Part shown: positions 30,823 to 44,320 of the stretch, piece after piece | Numbering within the stretch: position 1 is the stretch's first letter | How the letters are laid out: every line of letters starts with the position of its first letter | Assembly: GCF_009914755.1 (NCBI RefSeq) | Contig: NC_060929.1 | Length of the DNA stretch: 64,000 nt | Origin: the human T2T-CHM13v2.0 reference genome, Homo sapiens | Direction: 5' to 3' (one strand) | Notes under the pieces: generated by a model | What the model was told of the DNA's origin: nothing | The model's database searches: none | Seen by the model: only the letters and a program-made list of their open reading frames with translations | Program-made: the position numbers and the translations under genes

Positions 30823-33189
30823 TAGCCCTTCTGAAATATCTTCCTTGATCCCACCTACTAGAAGCACCCTGTCCCACCTCAAACTGAGTCAATCACTTTA
30901 TTTTCTGTGAACCCCCAATATAAGCTGATGGTGCCTCCTGGAATAGCCTTTAGCAAAAGATATTAAAATTGCCTAATCAACTTGCTTCTCTTTCTCACCA
31001 AACCAGCAGTTCTTAAATTATGATTTCAGGGCTTCTTGACACTTACCCCATATTTTTACCATTTGATGTGCTTGTGTTTCCGGGAAGAGAGTTCAGGGTT
31101 TCATCAGATCTTCAAAAGGATCCCAGGAAGGGCCAAGAGCCTTGAGATTAGGGCTTCTCGAAGGGCAGAGGCATGCTTCATGAGTTCCCTTGTGTCCTTA
31201 TGCCTGGTGCAGATGAGGTCTGCTGGATGAGCCTGGGTGATGAATGAGTAGTCACATGTAGGAAAAGTGTCCTTCCTTCAAGGGTTTTCCATCATCACTC
31301 TCTATGAAGCAGTGAAAAAGCAAAACAAAGTAACATACGGTTAAGCATCAGAGGAGGAGGATAGACACATAATTACATATTCATTTGTTCATCTGCTCAT
31401 CCATTCACAATTTAGTGTATGCATCTACAAGGTACAAAGCCCAGTGCTCCCAGCAGCGGGTGTTCAGAGCTCCGAGAAGCAAGCAGGCACCACATGTTGG
31501 TCTCAGAAGGTAGAGAGAGACTGTAAAGTAAACCAAGGAAGGCTCCCTGGGGGAGAGGCCGCATGACATGAGCGAAGCCAAGAGCAAGGACTGGGACTCA
31601 GCCAGATGGAACAGAGCCCGGGGAAGGGTGTCTTGAGTGTGTGTGCTGGGGGGAGCATCCACGTGAGCAAATGCCAGGCCTGCAGAGGACCCAGAGAAGG
31701 GAGAGAATTTACACACCCACAGTCCCTGAAGCCTGGAGAGGACTTTTTAAGATTCCCGGTGACGGTGCAGAGAAGCTGAGCCGGGGCCTGACTACAGTGA
31801 GGTGTGGGGTGTAATTACCAAGCCAGAGTGCAGAGCTGAGCCAAGCAGGTAAGAGTACTGACCCCGAGCCCACTCGGGCTCTGAGCAGAAGGAAGATTTC
31901 ATTAGTGTTAGAGAGGAAGGATGTGCCTTCTCCCCCGGAGGCCAGAGGGCAGGAGACCAGCCAGGCGGGGAGGCTGACCCAATGGCCCCGGAATGGTGAT
32001 GGAGCAGCCTGGGAGGCTGCAGGCACTGAAGGAAGAGGTAGGGGACGATGACTCCATCTGTCACCTCGGCACTTACCCCAAAAGATGGAGGACTGCTGGC
32101 AGAAACAGACAGAAATTTCCCTTGAGAAGGAGAAAGCCATGCTATAGGCAATCAAGATTTGCACATTGTCAGCAGAGAAGGAATGAGACTGTCTGGTTGC
32201 CGCTAGACTTTGGCCAGGGCTGTCCTGCAGGTAAGGGCCTCGTGCAGGAGGCCCCTGGGCAAGGGCCGGCCCTTCTCCTCTCCCTCAGTGTCCTGGAAAG
32301 GCCCCAGGGCTGCCCCAACCCCTGACCTCTCTCCTTCTTTCTCCATATTGCTAGACCCCCTTCTCTTGGTCCCCTGCCTCCTCCCACTGGTGTGCACCCA
32401 CACCTTCAGACAGTTCTGAGCAGACCACGCAAAATACAACTGTGATGTTATTTGCAGCAGGCATTCTGGACCCAGAACTGTGCTTGGTCTTGAAGTTGAA
32501 AGGTAGCAATCACTCATACTCCTCTCCCATGAACAATTTGAGAAAAAATGGAGGCTCAGGGCAGAAGTTACCCCCTTTACAACTGACGGGAGCTATCCTG
32601 GGGAATGAAGCCTGAGGCTAAAACCTATGCCCTATTTCCAGCCTCATGAAGTAAACTTAGCCACTGGGTCCCTAGCAAAGAAACTGGAGAACTGAGGGTC
32701 TCCCCCAGGTCTGCCCTCCAACTGCCCCAAGCCCCACATGCCTGCAGGCGGCCCTGGGATATCTGCCATGTGCAGGGAATAATGAGCCTGGCAGCTGCAA
32801 GAAGGAGATGAGCTCCAGGGTTTGAGGGTTAAGGACATTCACCAGTCTCCCAGCACACTCATCTCCACCCCACCCCAGTGAATGAGACTGAGAGGGCTCA
32901 AGGTGGGGGCAACAGGTTCTCTCCATTACCTTCCAGCCAATACCTGCATGTACATTGAGATACTCAGTAAGCCATGAGAAGCGCTGTGTGACCATGACTG
33001 AGTTGTTTAAACTCTCTGTTCATGCTCCTCCCCTGCAAAGTGAAGGCATTCAAAATCATCTGTATTCATGGTGAACCTACTTTGTTCTAAGGCCTCTGGG
33101 ACATCCAAAGTTGGATAGGCCATGTCCCTGACCCAGCTGACTGCTCTCACCCTTGCTTTCACTGTGTGAAATTCTCCCACATTGACGGG

Positions 33190-33532
33190 CTGGGGGTAGG
33201 GCAACTACAATTGAGAAGCACAAGGGAGCCCCCCGTGGTGATGAAACAGTTGGTATCTTGACTGTGGTGTTTACACAAATCTATGTGTGTGATAAAATGA
33301 CACAGAACTACACACATACACACACCCATAAGAGTGCATATAAAACTGGTTAGATCCAAGCAAGGTGTGTGGACCATGCCAATGTCAGTTTTTTGACTTT
33401 GACATTGTCCTGTGGTTCCCTAAGATGTTACCACTGGGGGAAACTGGGTGAAGGGTGCAAGGGCCTCTCAGTATTATTATGGGAATTTTCTGTGAGTCTA
33501 TAATCCTTTCAAAAGAAAAGGTTATTAAAAAA
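33190..33532 (+). mobile_element. L1MC/L1MD-type 3' end
   Basis: GGTGATGAAACAGTT...AAGATGTTACCACTGGGGGAAACTGGGTGAAGGG. Confidence 0.75.
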
Positions 33533-33539
33533 TCTCACA

Positions 33540-34145
33540 TGACTTCTCACTACTCTGCTTATAAAATCCACACTCCTCACGGAGCACCACAGGCCCGCTG
33601 TAATCTGGCCTCTGTCTCCTCTCCAACCTCTCCCCAAGCTCCCTAGGCCCAGCCCCATCCCCTTCTCTCTGCACCTTGAGCACACCCAGCCCACTCTGTG
33701 AGGCTGTAGGCCTTGCTGTTTCTTTTACCTCAAGTTCTCTCGCCCCAAATCCTAAACACAAGTAACTTCTGTCATTCAAATTTCACAATCAGTCTCCTTT
33801 TCTTGTAAGGCCTTCTTTCTCAGGCTGACCCCTTCAGCCCTAATACAGTTGGCCCTTCCACTGTGTTTAGGGTGCTACATCACCATCACCTCTTGGTTTT
33901 TGGCTAAGATCAAGTGTAGAGTCCTGCTATCATCAGACATGATCTGATTCGTTTGTTTGCTTACCTATCACTGTCAGTCCGGACCTCCCCTCCCTCTGAG
34001 AATGAAGCAGAGAAAATGTTATCTTGGTCACCAGTGTATCCTGGAAACTGCAACAGGGGCAGGCACAGGCAGGAGTGCAGTGAATATCAATGGTAGATGA
34101 ATGAATGAATGAATGAAGAATGAATGAAGAATGAATGAATGAATG
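33540..34145 (+). mobile_element. L2 3' region with (GAAT)n tail
   Basis: L2-like body ending CAATGGTAGATGAATGAATGAATG. Confidence 0.7.
33885..33919 (+). pseudogene. 3'-truncated U2 snRNA retrocopy (U2 nt ~1-36)
   Basis: ATCACCTCTTGGTTTTTGGCTAAGATCAAGTGTAG versus U2 ATCGCTTCTCGGCCTTTTGGCTAAGATCAAGTGTAG; 22-nt perfect core. Confidence 0.88.
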
Positions 34146-34827
34146 CACCACACAAAGTAGCATTCTAGCAGAAGTGAAAACAAGGTTACCTAGTGCAGAC
34201 TTTCCCAGCCAGGACTCATACTATTTTTAAACACATACACCTGCTTCGGTGATGTACTGAAGGCCTCAGGCTACTCTCCCCGCCCACATCTCCCACCCCT
34301 CTAACAGGATTCAAATCTCCAGTGCTCATATTTCCTCCTCATCACTTACCTAGCAAATCTGGCTCACAGTATAATATCAGTCATTTATACTTCAGTCTGA
34401 ATTCCAGGTCAGTGCCAACTTCCTCCAGATATTTGTGGTTTAAGCTTCATGTGATATTACGTCATCTTAAGGGCATTTAGTAAAGGGGAAGAAGGAACAT
34501 TTTTGGACAGAGGCCTTTTCCTGTGCTCATTTGTGCCTCACAGGAAGCCAAGAGTAAATGTGCATCTAGACCTACAGGGGAGGTCTTGGCAGTTACAGCA
34601 AACTCAGGGAATTTTAAATATGCCGGAAACTTTCCAGAGCCCTGAGTTGCAGTCCCAGCTCTGTCACTGTCTCTCTGTGCTTTGCTAAACAGACTTCGCC
34701 CCTCCGTGGGCCGTCTGTGAAAATAGGGCCCAGCTCGATGGCATATAAAGGCCCTCTGACTTCCAGTAGTAAAACTCTAGAGGAGCCCTTGTTTTCTGGG
34801 GAGACTCTTTCTGAGTTTTCATAATAA

Positions 34828-35910
34828 TGTTGAGTAGTTCTCTTTTCTTGCTCACGCCGACTTTTCTCCAGTTCTCGGACACCAGTTCTGGGTACCCAAC
34901 AATTCAATCCAGTTCTGACACTAACTATCCAGAGTTAGCAGAGGCCCCACAGGTTAAAGGCCTCGTCCCACAAAACTGCCCCCACTTCAGACACCAGTGG
35001 CCAGTCTCAGACCCCCTGTACTTCTGACCAACCAGCTATAAGTCAAGGATTCCTAAGACTCCTTCCTCAGGTCTAATAATTTGCTAAAGAAGCTCACAGA
35101 ACTCAGGAACACACTTTACTTATGTTTACTGGTTTGTTTTCAAGGATGCAACTCAGAAACAGCCAAATGAAATGACTGAATCAGGCAAGATATGGGGTTG
35201 GGGGATGAGGCATCGAGTTTCTATGCCCTCTCCAGGCATGCCTTTCTCCCAGCACTTGGACGCGTTCTCCAACAGGGAAGCTCTCCAAATCTTGGTGCTT
35301 AGGGGTTTTTATGGAGGTTCAATTACATAAGCATGATTGATCAAATTATTGGCCAATGGTGACTGACTCAATCTCCAGCCTCTTCCTTCTCTCCAGAAGT
35401 TGGGGATGGGGCTGAAAGTCTCAAGCTTCCAGTCAAGGCTTGGTCTTTTTGGTGACCAGCCCAATCCTGAAGCTATCAAAGGCTCACCAAGAGTCACCTC
35501 ACTGGAACAAAAGATGCTCCTATACCCTCATCACTCGGGAAACTCCAAGGGTTTTAGGGGCTTTGTGCTAGGAATGGGAGACAGAGACCAAATATCTATC
35601 TATTTATTTATTTATTTATTTATTTTTTGAGACGGAGTCTCACTCTGTCACCCAGGCTGGAGTGCAGTGGCACAACATCTGCCTCCCAGGTTCAAGTGAT
35701 TCTCCTGCCTCAGCCTCCCAAGTAGCTGGGACTACAGGTGCCCACCACCATGCCTGGCTAATTTTTGTATTTTTAGTAGAGACGGGGTTTCACCATGCTG
35801 GCCAGGATGGTATTGATTCCCTGACCTCATGATCCAACCACCTTGACCTCCCAAAGTGCTGGGATTACAGGCGTAAGCCACCTCCCCCGGCCCCTTTCTA
35901 TGACACCACA
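34828..35910 (-). mobile_element. MER21-family solo LTR (MER21C-like) with a nested Alu
   Basis: CAATTCAATCCAGTTCTGACACTAACTA...CCCACAAAACTGCCCCCACTTCAGAC...CTCACAGAACTCAGG. Confidence 0.8.
35599..35892 (-). mobile_element. Alu (AluSc-like) with (TTTA)n tail
   Basis: CAGGATGGTATTGAT...GACCTCATGATCC. Confidence 0.92.
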
Positions 35911-38900
35911 GATGGGCACAGTCAGAATCAGAGCCTGAGGTGCAGGTCAAATCCCTTAGCCCTCCACCAGTCCCGCCCACTTGGTTTCTGTGGTAGAAAG
36001 TTTTGTTTACTATCTGTATCTGTATCCCCCACCAAATGCGAGCTCCCCCATCCCACCCTGATGCTGAACTGAGGACACTCAGGGCTTTGTGTGGCTCTGG
36101 CAGCTTGCACAATGGGTTCTCAGATGAGGTATTCCATGCCCTTCTTCCTGGAGTAGTAAGAGTCAATGCTTTTCAGTTCAGCAGAAATTCATGAGATATT
36201 AGAAAGCACTTCCTAGATCTGCGTAGAAGTTGGAATAGGTTGCATATAGAAGCTAGGAAGGTTCCATCCCTGGAGATCTTTAGGAAGATCCCATTGCTCT
36301 GGGTGACTCAGTCGCTCATTTCAATCATGAATTACAGGCATTATCGAGTTAAGTCACCATGGTGGCTGGACCTGCTTTCTCCAAAGTCCCTCCAGCTGCA
36401 GGTTGGTGAGCCCATAGATGGGGTTAGTGAAGCATTGTTGGTCAGCTCACCAGGGCACCCTTATGAGAGTGAAGTAGACCGTGACTCCTCTGCAGTTGGT
36501 TAAGGAAGAGGACACTGAACAAAGTCATGTGTTAAGAGTGGTGTTTGGCTGGCAAATTCTGATTCATCTTTCAGGACCCTGCTCAAGCATCTCCTCTTTT
36601 GAGAAGCCTGGCCTGGCCCTCTCCCCATGCCCCACTCTTCCTTCCCCAGGTTTAATTAAATGTCTCTTCTCAGCTGGTGTGACCTCTTGGTTGATTGCAA
36701 ATAGTGCATACTCCACTCTCTCTCCACGGAACTGTGAGCTTTCTAAGGGCCAGAACCATACCCACCTCATCTCTCACTGCCTCCCTGGTGCCATCGCAGG
36801 ACAGGTGGGGCAGAGCAGGGGCCCGGTGGCTGCTGGCTAAATTGTTGGAGGGACTGGCTGGGAGCCCATACATCACAGACAGCAGATACCCCAGGGACTG
36901 GCAGTGTGGGAACCAGGTGAGAAGCCCCAGTCTCAGGTCTGCAGCCTTCCTCAGTCTCCTCACTCAGTAGCCTTGATTCCCAGCAAACCACATCAATTTC
37001 TCATTGCACACCCTGCTCAATGCTCATCTGCATAGTGTCCTCCATCCAGAGCAGCCCTGAGCTGTGGGCACGAATACTAATGGATCATGCAAATGCCAGC
37101 CTAGGGCAAGAGTGCCCTGGACTGTCAATTAGCTCCCCCCAGCACCAGCTACAGTGCCCAACCCCTTCACTTGATACAGGCCAGCCCAATGCAAGAAGGA
37201 GCAACAGAAAAAGAACTCGGCTTGAAGGACTGCTCTAGTCAAGGTAGTGTGTTGTGGCAGCCTGGAAAGGGATCTTCCATGTAGAGTGAGGGAAGAAGAG
37301 AGCCAGCCTGGCCTCTCAGGAAGAGGTTCCCACAGGCACTCTTGGGAGGAAAGGTGGTGCTCTTGGGGGCCCAGGTAATAATTGCTACACGAATGCCACG
37401 GCTCTTGGAACTGCTGCTTCATCCTTTTCCCTCCACCTGGCCATCTATGTGCCAGGCCACCAGCGTACGTCCTGTGTTGTCCTCTAAACCAAGACCAAAG
37501 CTCTTCACAGCCACTCTTCTCTGACCCAGTACCAACTCCATCCTGGGAGGGAGGATGACAGGCTCCCCGTCCCCTCACCTCTTCTTCCCAATACTGCTGT
37601 TTCCTCCCAGTTCTTTCTCTTCCCTCCACTGCTCCCATCTGCTTTCCTTCCTTAGTGGATAAAAGCATTAAATTTGAAGGCAGAGAGATCGGGTTCAAAC
37701 CCAGACTCTACAGATCACTCAAGCTTTGTGGCTTGGGCGAATTACACCATGCCTCTGAACTTCAGTTTGCTAGTCTATAAAATGGAGAAAAGAGAAGTAC
37801 CTGCCACAGTGGCATTGTGAGGATCATTTTATGAATAGCTAAGAATTTCAGGTAACTCACTCTGATGTACCAGAAAGTTACTTTGCTTACTGCTTCAATC
37901 ACTGAACTTAATTTCTACTCCAAGTTCCCATTCCTCTCAGTGGCAGAGAACCCTCAATCAGTTCAGGATGCCCCATCCCCAGTGTTGCCTGAATGTTTTG
38001 GGGTGGGCTTACGGAGCATGGAGCCTGAAGTGGGCTCTACCTCTGGTGGGCAGCCCTACCATTCCTACAGAAAGGCACCCCAAGAGGTTCTGCTTCCTGT
38101 GCATTCTGTGGTCACTGTGCCATTCAGGTCGCAGCTGGGGCCTCCCAGGCTCTAGGAGGGTTTCCTGGACCGCACCACTGTTGGGTGCAGGGGAAGATTC
38201 CCCTTCTCCTTACCGGACTTGCCCAGGAGAGGTAGGTCAGGAACCCCTGCCTGAAAAAGACACACAAGTCAGTGGCTGTGCAATGCTCCTGCTACACACA
38301 GAGGTGGCAGGCCTTAGAGGGGAACCCTAGGCTGTGTTCACTCTCCCAGGCTCCACTTTGGAAAAGCCAGGGTCTGCTCTCAGCTCCCACATTCCGCCAA
38401 AGTCTGGGGTTTCAGTGCCAAACAGGCCACCAACCCTCGAACTCTGCCTGAGGTGGAGGACAAGGGCAAACCCCTCTTGCTCCTGCCCTCCAACCAGTCA
38501 CATATTCTTCCAGGCCTTTCATCTCAAAATCCAAGATGTGACCATTGTTTCCGTGCCACCTCTGCCACAGGTAGTGAATGCCGCAGCTCAAATGTGCGGC
38601 AGGTTGTGTGGTCACAGGAAATAACAGAAGGAGCCCCGGTTAATATCTCAGTTGTATGTGGCCTCATTTTTGCAGGCCCTGTCCCAGAGTCAGTCCTCAG
38701 CACGAGGGCAGCTGAGACTCTTTTCTCCCCCATTCCTTCCTCCTTCCCTCTTCCTGGGTTTCTTCCTTTTTCAGGCTCCAATTGCAGCAGCAGCAATGCT
38801 GGGAGCGGAGATCCTGGGAGCCCGGAGCCAGCTCTGACATGTTCAGCGGGCCGTGCAGGGTCAGGGGCATGCTCATCGGCTCATCACTGGCATGATTACT

Positions 38901-39194
38901 AATCATCAGGCAGCGGCAGGGTTACTGTTCCCTCCTCCCCTCCCTGCTCACTTCCTCAGGGTCTTCAGGCTGCAGGAGCCGAAGAGGGAAAGACCCTGCG
39001 TGCACCCTGGCAGGCTGATAATCACAGCTGCAGCCCCCAGGCACTAAAAGGATGGGTGGGAGCATCATCCACCACTCAAAGGGCTGGGGACCCTTGTCCC
39101 TCCCATGTGCATCCATCTCTCCTATCTCTGAGTCCCCAGTGAACTGCTGCCTCCCTAGAGAAACAGTGCTAGAAGTCAGTGGCAAGAGCAGCAG

Positions 39195-39440
39195 GAGGAC
39201 TTGGAGCTACATGCAGAGTGTGAGCTCCGGAGTCAGACCAGCTGAGTTCAAGGCCAGCTCCACCATCTATTCACTGTGACTTCAGGAAGGTTGCTTAACC
39301 TCTCTGTGCCTTAGCTGCCTCATCTATAAAACAGGAAACAATGAGAGTCTTTCCTTATGGGGCTATTGAAATGATTAAGTGAGATCAGGCATGTGATGGC
39401 ACACAGTAAGAACTCCATAAACAGAGGTCACCACTGCTAA
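39195..39440 (+). mobile_element. MIR (near full length); similar MIR fossils at ~37660-37840, 40060-40250, 41050-41280, 49000-49140, 50040-50250, 54430-54670, 55290-55510, 57700-57960, 58350-58580, 62960-63150 and 63640-63860
   Basis: GTGACTTCAGGAAGGTTGCTTAACCTCTCTGTGCCTTAGCTGCCTCATCTATAAAA core. Confidence 0.8.
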
Positions 39441-42400
39441 TGCAATTATTCTATCACCTCAGGAGACTAAAGCAGGGGAGGAAACACCATTGACTCCTGG
39501 ACATTTACCCAAGGAGATTATGGATCCATGTTTTGCACACACTTTAGAAAGACAAGGAATTCTAACCACAGCGTCTGTCTCCACTGCCCCCGTCATTTCA
39601 GTCTCACCCGTCCACCCTCAACCTCACCACTGTGGCCCGGAAATGCGGTTGCCCAGGGCCACTCTCACCCCACCTCAGCCCTGCTCTGCTCAAGTCTCAC
39701 TTCCACTCCTTCCAGCTCCCATCCCTTTCTACCCAGCTCCACCTTGATTTCTCCACCATGACCTTTACCCTCCTAGTCTGATCTAGACCCCTGATCTTGC
39801 CGAGTATCTAGGACTTTGGTGCCTTTGACCCTCAGCAGCAGAGGTAGAGAGGGATCTCGGTGAAGTCTGGGATGTTATAGTGACTTGTTTATCTAAGTGC
39901 CCTGAGACTGTGAGTTCCCTAATGCAGGGAGCATCAACCTCTGCAGAGAGCCCCAGAGCCCTGCTCAGGTGTGATGAACAGGAGGCACTCACTTGATGCC
40001 CTCACAAAGTTGTGAGTGAATGAATGAATGAGTGAATGAATGATTGAATGAAGATTAGTGATTATGTTAATGACCTGCCTTTTTCATGAGCCTTGCAACC
40101 TCCCAGGTACCACACTAAAGCACTTAAATGCTTCCACTCATTTAATCCTCATAGCAACCCTAAGACATAGGCGTAATTATTGTACCTATTTTATAGATGT
40201 TGAAACTGAGGATCAGTGAAGTTAAAGGCACACAGCTAAGGGATGAATGGATAAAATCCTTTACCATAACCTTTCCTCCTTAGGACAAAGTTTCTTCACC
40301 AACTGTCCAAGGCTGTGTTTCACTGGGGAGAGTCTGAAATTCTACACCAAGCATGAGCATGTGTTCATGCAGCATGGTAACTCTGGGGGAAAAGGTTCAC
40401 AGGTTTTATCAGATACTTACAGTTTGTTAGAACATATTTGAATCCATCCATCTAACCACCCGTCCCCTTTCAATCCACCCTTCTGTCCACCCCCAGACAG
40501 CCATTTGATCAATATTCATGAAATATCTGCCTTGCACCAAGCATAGTGCTGGCACCCATGAATTCCCTGGTCTCCAGAAATATCCTTCCCCCTCTCCCTG
40601 ACTACCCCTGCCCCCGCCTCACCACACACACACTCCTTGCAGGATCTGGGTAACTGGGAGGGCTTTACCGCCAGTGTCCCAGCTGCGTGGGTGGCTGCAC
40701 TCTGTCTGAACTCATCTCAGCTCTGGTGGAGACTGTGGCAGCGCAGAAGCGTGCAGGGGGAATCCTCAGGCAGCGCAGCCATCAGGACATGAAGGGCAGA
40801 GCCTGTGCCCCGGCTTCCCCGGCTTCCGCTGCAGTCTACATCAGTCCTGCTCCCTCCAGAACATGATCAACCGGGACAGATGAGGCCATGCTTGATGCAT
40901 AAGGATGCAGCCAGGGAGAGCTGCCTCCCAAACCCAAGTCCTATTCAAAGGTCTTTTCTTCCTCCTGGGGAGGTAGGGGAGAAGGTCCAAGCAAAGGGAA
41001 CTGGAAGGGGAAAGTGAGGCATGGAGTTTGTGTTTTCTGAATCAGGACTGTGTTCCAGCCAGGGAGACCCTGTGTCAGGCACTTTTGTAATCACGATCAC
41101 TTTCAGCCTCACCCTGCGACCTCCAACGACATTGCTGAGATTGTTCTCCTTGCAAACATGAGGAAATTGAGGGGCTCAAAGGTCAAATAACTTGCCCAAA
41201 GTCACAAAACAAATCCGGGACTTTAAGCCTGATCTGCTTGACCTGAAACTCATATCTACTTCCCTGCCCTCTGAAGATCTATATGTCCTATGTCATCACT
41301 TCACTGTTCACACAAGGTGATACCTGGCTTCTCCAAGCACCTGCTACCCTGAACTTACTGCACCACTCTTTCCTTCCTAGCCTGAATGCAATTTGCAATG
41401 AGGAGATGATTTGATTTTCTTCAGCCCTAGACCTCCAGCTTCCTGAGAGCAGGTACTCTTGCCTCTTCTTGCTCATTATTGATCCATATATTTAGAATAG
41501 CGCCTGGCAGGTAGATGGTGCTTAATAAATATTCATTGAATAAATGAATGAATGAATGATCCAATGAGCCCCAAAGCAAATAACAATAAAGGACATTTGC
41601 AGAGTGCTCTACAGAGAGACAAGTGCTTTCCCTTTGCTTTATCTTACCCCATTCTCACAACAATCCCCTGACATGATTGGGTTCATGTTTCACAGATGAG
41701 GAGGCTAACGGCCAGGTGTACATACCAGGGGACATGGGACTGGGTTCATATGAGCTCAGGGGTAAATGATGACACCCTTTCCCCTGCCCTGAAGGATCTC
41801 AGTTTGAGTATTTGTAGCACACTTAGGATGTTCTGGGCCAGGCTGAGTGGCGGTGGATGGGGGCGGTGGAGGTGGGGTATGCAAAGCAGGAAACTCGGCC
41901 TTTGCTTTCTAAAAGCTCCCAGTCTATTTGAGGCCAGACTTATGCATGCAGAACATTTGGGAAATGGTACAAGACAGCAGCAAGCATAGTGCTGAATTGC
42001 ACATAATCAGGTGCCAACTGCATTCCCTTCCTTAACTAATCTGAGTCTTTTAATACCAGATGGGGACCCTGAGAATAGATTTCCTATCAAACAGATGAAG
42101 AGCAAAGATGGGAGCCGAGGGAAATGCTGTGGCTTACTCATTTTTATACCCCTGTAACCCAGCATGATGTCTGGCCCACAGCAACAGGAATAGGGCAGTC
42201 CACCTTCAATAATGGGCCACTCTATGTGCCAGGCACCTGCTAAGGGCCCCACAAACATCATGTCACCAATCCCTCACAGCAACACTACCACTTACTAAAG
42301 GAATTATGAAAGTAATCCACAAGAAGCTGAAAGCAGGGTTCAGAGATCGTACTCATCATGCCCACAGTCTCAGAGTAAAGGGGCAAGCTCAGTGTTTGAA

Positions 42401-42805
42401 CCCAATTCTAGCAGCCTCCCAAATTAATGCTCTCAATCTGACTCTATGCTACCTCTGTGCCTGGAAGGAACTACTGTTGTCCATAAGGATGAGAAGAAAC
42501 ATGGCTAAGGGAGCACTGAGTAGGGAGGAAGGAGGCAGCAGGGAGGAAGAAATAAATTAAGAAAGAAAGAGATACAAAGAGGAAGAAAGGAGAGGGGGAG
42601 GGAGGGAAAGAACAGGGCTTGTGTGTTACATAAACTCAGACAAGCACATGCATGTTTTAACAGGATTCCTGCAGGTCTGGCAATCTCACTCCTTCCTCCC
42701 TGAACAACCTTAGAGGGGTTGCCTAAGGAGTCCTATATAGAGGCTTATGGCAGAAGGAAGGCCTTGCGTCCAGAACTTTCTGAGCTCATGGATTGACACT
42801 GGGGT

Positions 42806-43182
42806 TGCGTATCAGTCTGCTTGGAATGCCTTCAAAAAATACCCCAGTCTGGGTGGCTTATACAACAGAAATCTATTTTCTCATGGTTCTGAAAACTGGA
42901 AGTCCAAGATCAAGGTGCCAGCAGGGTTGGTGTCTGGTGAGGCCTCTCACCTTGTGTTGCAACTGCCTTTTCCCTGTGTGCTCACATGGTATCTTTGTGC
43001 GTGGGGGGTCTTTGGAGTCTCTCCTTGTAAGGACACTAACTCTATCAGATCAGGGCCCCACCCTTATGACCTCTTTTAACCTTCATTAGTTCCTTAGAGG
43101 TCCCTTCTTCAAATACAGCCATACAGGGGCTTAGAGCTTCAACACAGGGATTTTGGAGGGACACAAACATTCAGTCCACACC
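42806..43182 (-). mobile_element. MaLR solo LTR (MLT1A/B-like)
   Basis: GGTGGCTTATACAACAGAAATCTATTTTCTCATGGTTCTG...AAGTCCAAGATCAAGGTGCC; TSD GGGGT. Confidence 0.85.
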
Positions 43183-43829
43183 GGGGTGCATGAGGGAGGG
43201 GTCAGAGCTGGAGAAAGTGCATGAGCTAGTTCACCTTCCAGAGTAAAGGGAGCAACAGCCACTGAAGCTCAGGTTGGATGGGGCTGGCAAGGTCGCTGTA
43301 TTGAGTACATCATGGGAGGGACAACAGGACAAATGGCTCCTGCAGTCAGGGTGACTGATGGGAGGCTTCTTCAGCACTCCCTCTGCACATTCATTTTGTC
43401 ACTCCCTCTCTCCCCATGCAGTTCTTTGCTCTCTGTTGCAAGTTCCCAGGAGGCAGGCAGAGGGCCTGTTATCATCATCTTTCTCTCTTGCCCCTCACAC
43501 TTACCTGTGTTCTTCTACTTAGACACATTCTTTGTGAGCATCTCATGGGTGATGTTGGCTGCATTGTACAGTGGGCACGTGCGTATGTGTGTGTATTTAT
43601 CTGCAAATAATACCCATGTCACAAGGCGTCCGCAGGAATAAATGAGCTATTGTGCATGTAAATATCTGGTACATGGTAGATACATGAATGAATGAATATT
43701 TGTTGAATAAATAAGTGAATGAATGAATCTTCACTTGGCAGAGCATGTGTCTTCCTTTAAGGGGCAAGGATGATCTGGTAATCATCAGTTTCTGCTTACT
43801 AACTGGGTCACTGAGCAAAGAAAAGAGAC

Positions 43830-44320
43830 TCACTCATTCATTTATTCAGCATAGGTTGGCTGCACCCCTGTCAGAAACCGGAGGTTAAGCAGAAAGTAGA
43901 GAGTTAAATCAGTATGTAAAGCAGTTAAAACAGTCCAGAGGGAGAGACAGGCAAGGAAAGGAACAATGAGAAACAAAGTAAGGAGTGCTCTGATAAGAAG
44001 CCCTGGGTGCTATGGAAACCACAAGCAGGGCACCGACTCAGGGCCAGGGAGGGATCCCTGGAGGAGATGACATCTGCAGTAGATATTCCAGGGTAAGCAG
44101 CAGGTGGCCAGAAGGAGAAAGAGGTGAGGAACATTCCAGGCAAGGGGAACAGCACGTGCAAAGGCCCTGAAGGAGAACCACAACACGCATCTGAGAAGTA
44201 GTGAGGGGTCTGGGTGGCTGAGCCACAAAGGGAACACCAGGGGTCAGGGAGGATTTGTAGAAGAAGCCACAGGCCACAAAAAAGACCTCATAATTCATGT
44301 TCAATGGTTTGGATTTTATT
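43830..44320 (-). mobile_element. L2 fragment
   Basis: CATTCCAGGCAAGGGGAACAGCACGTGCAAAGGCCCTGAAG. Confidence 0.75.
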
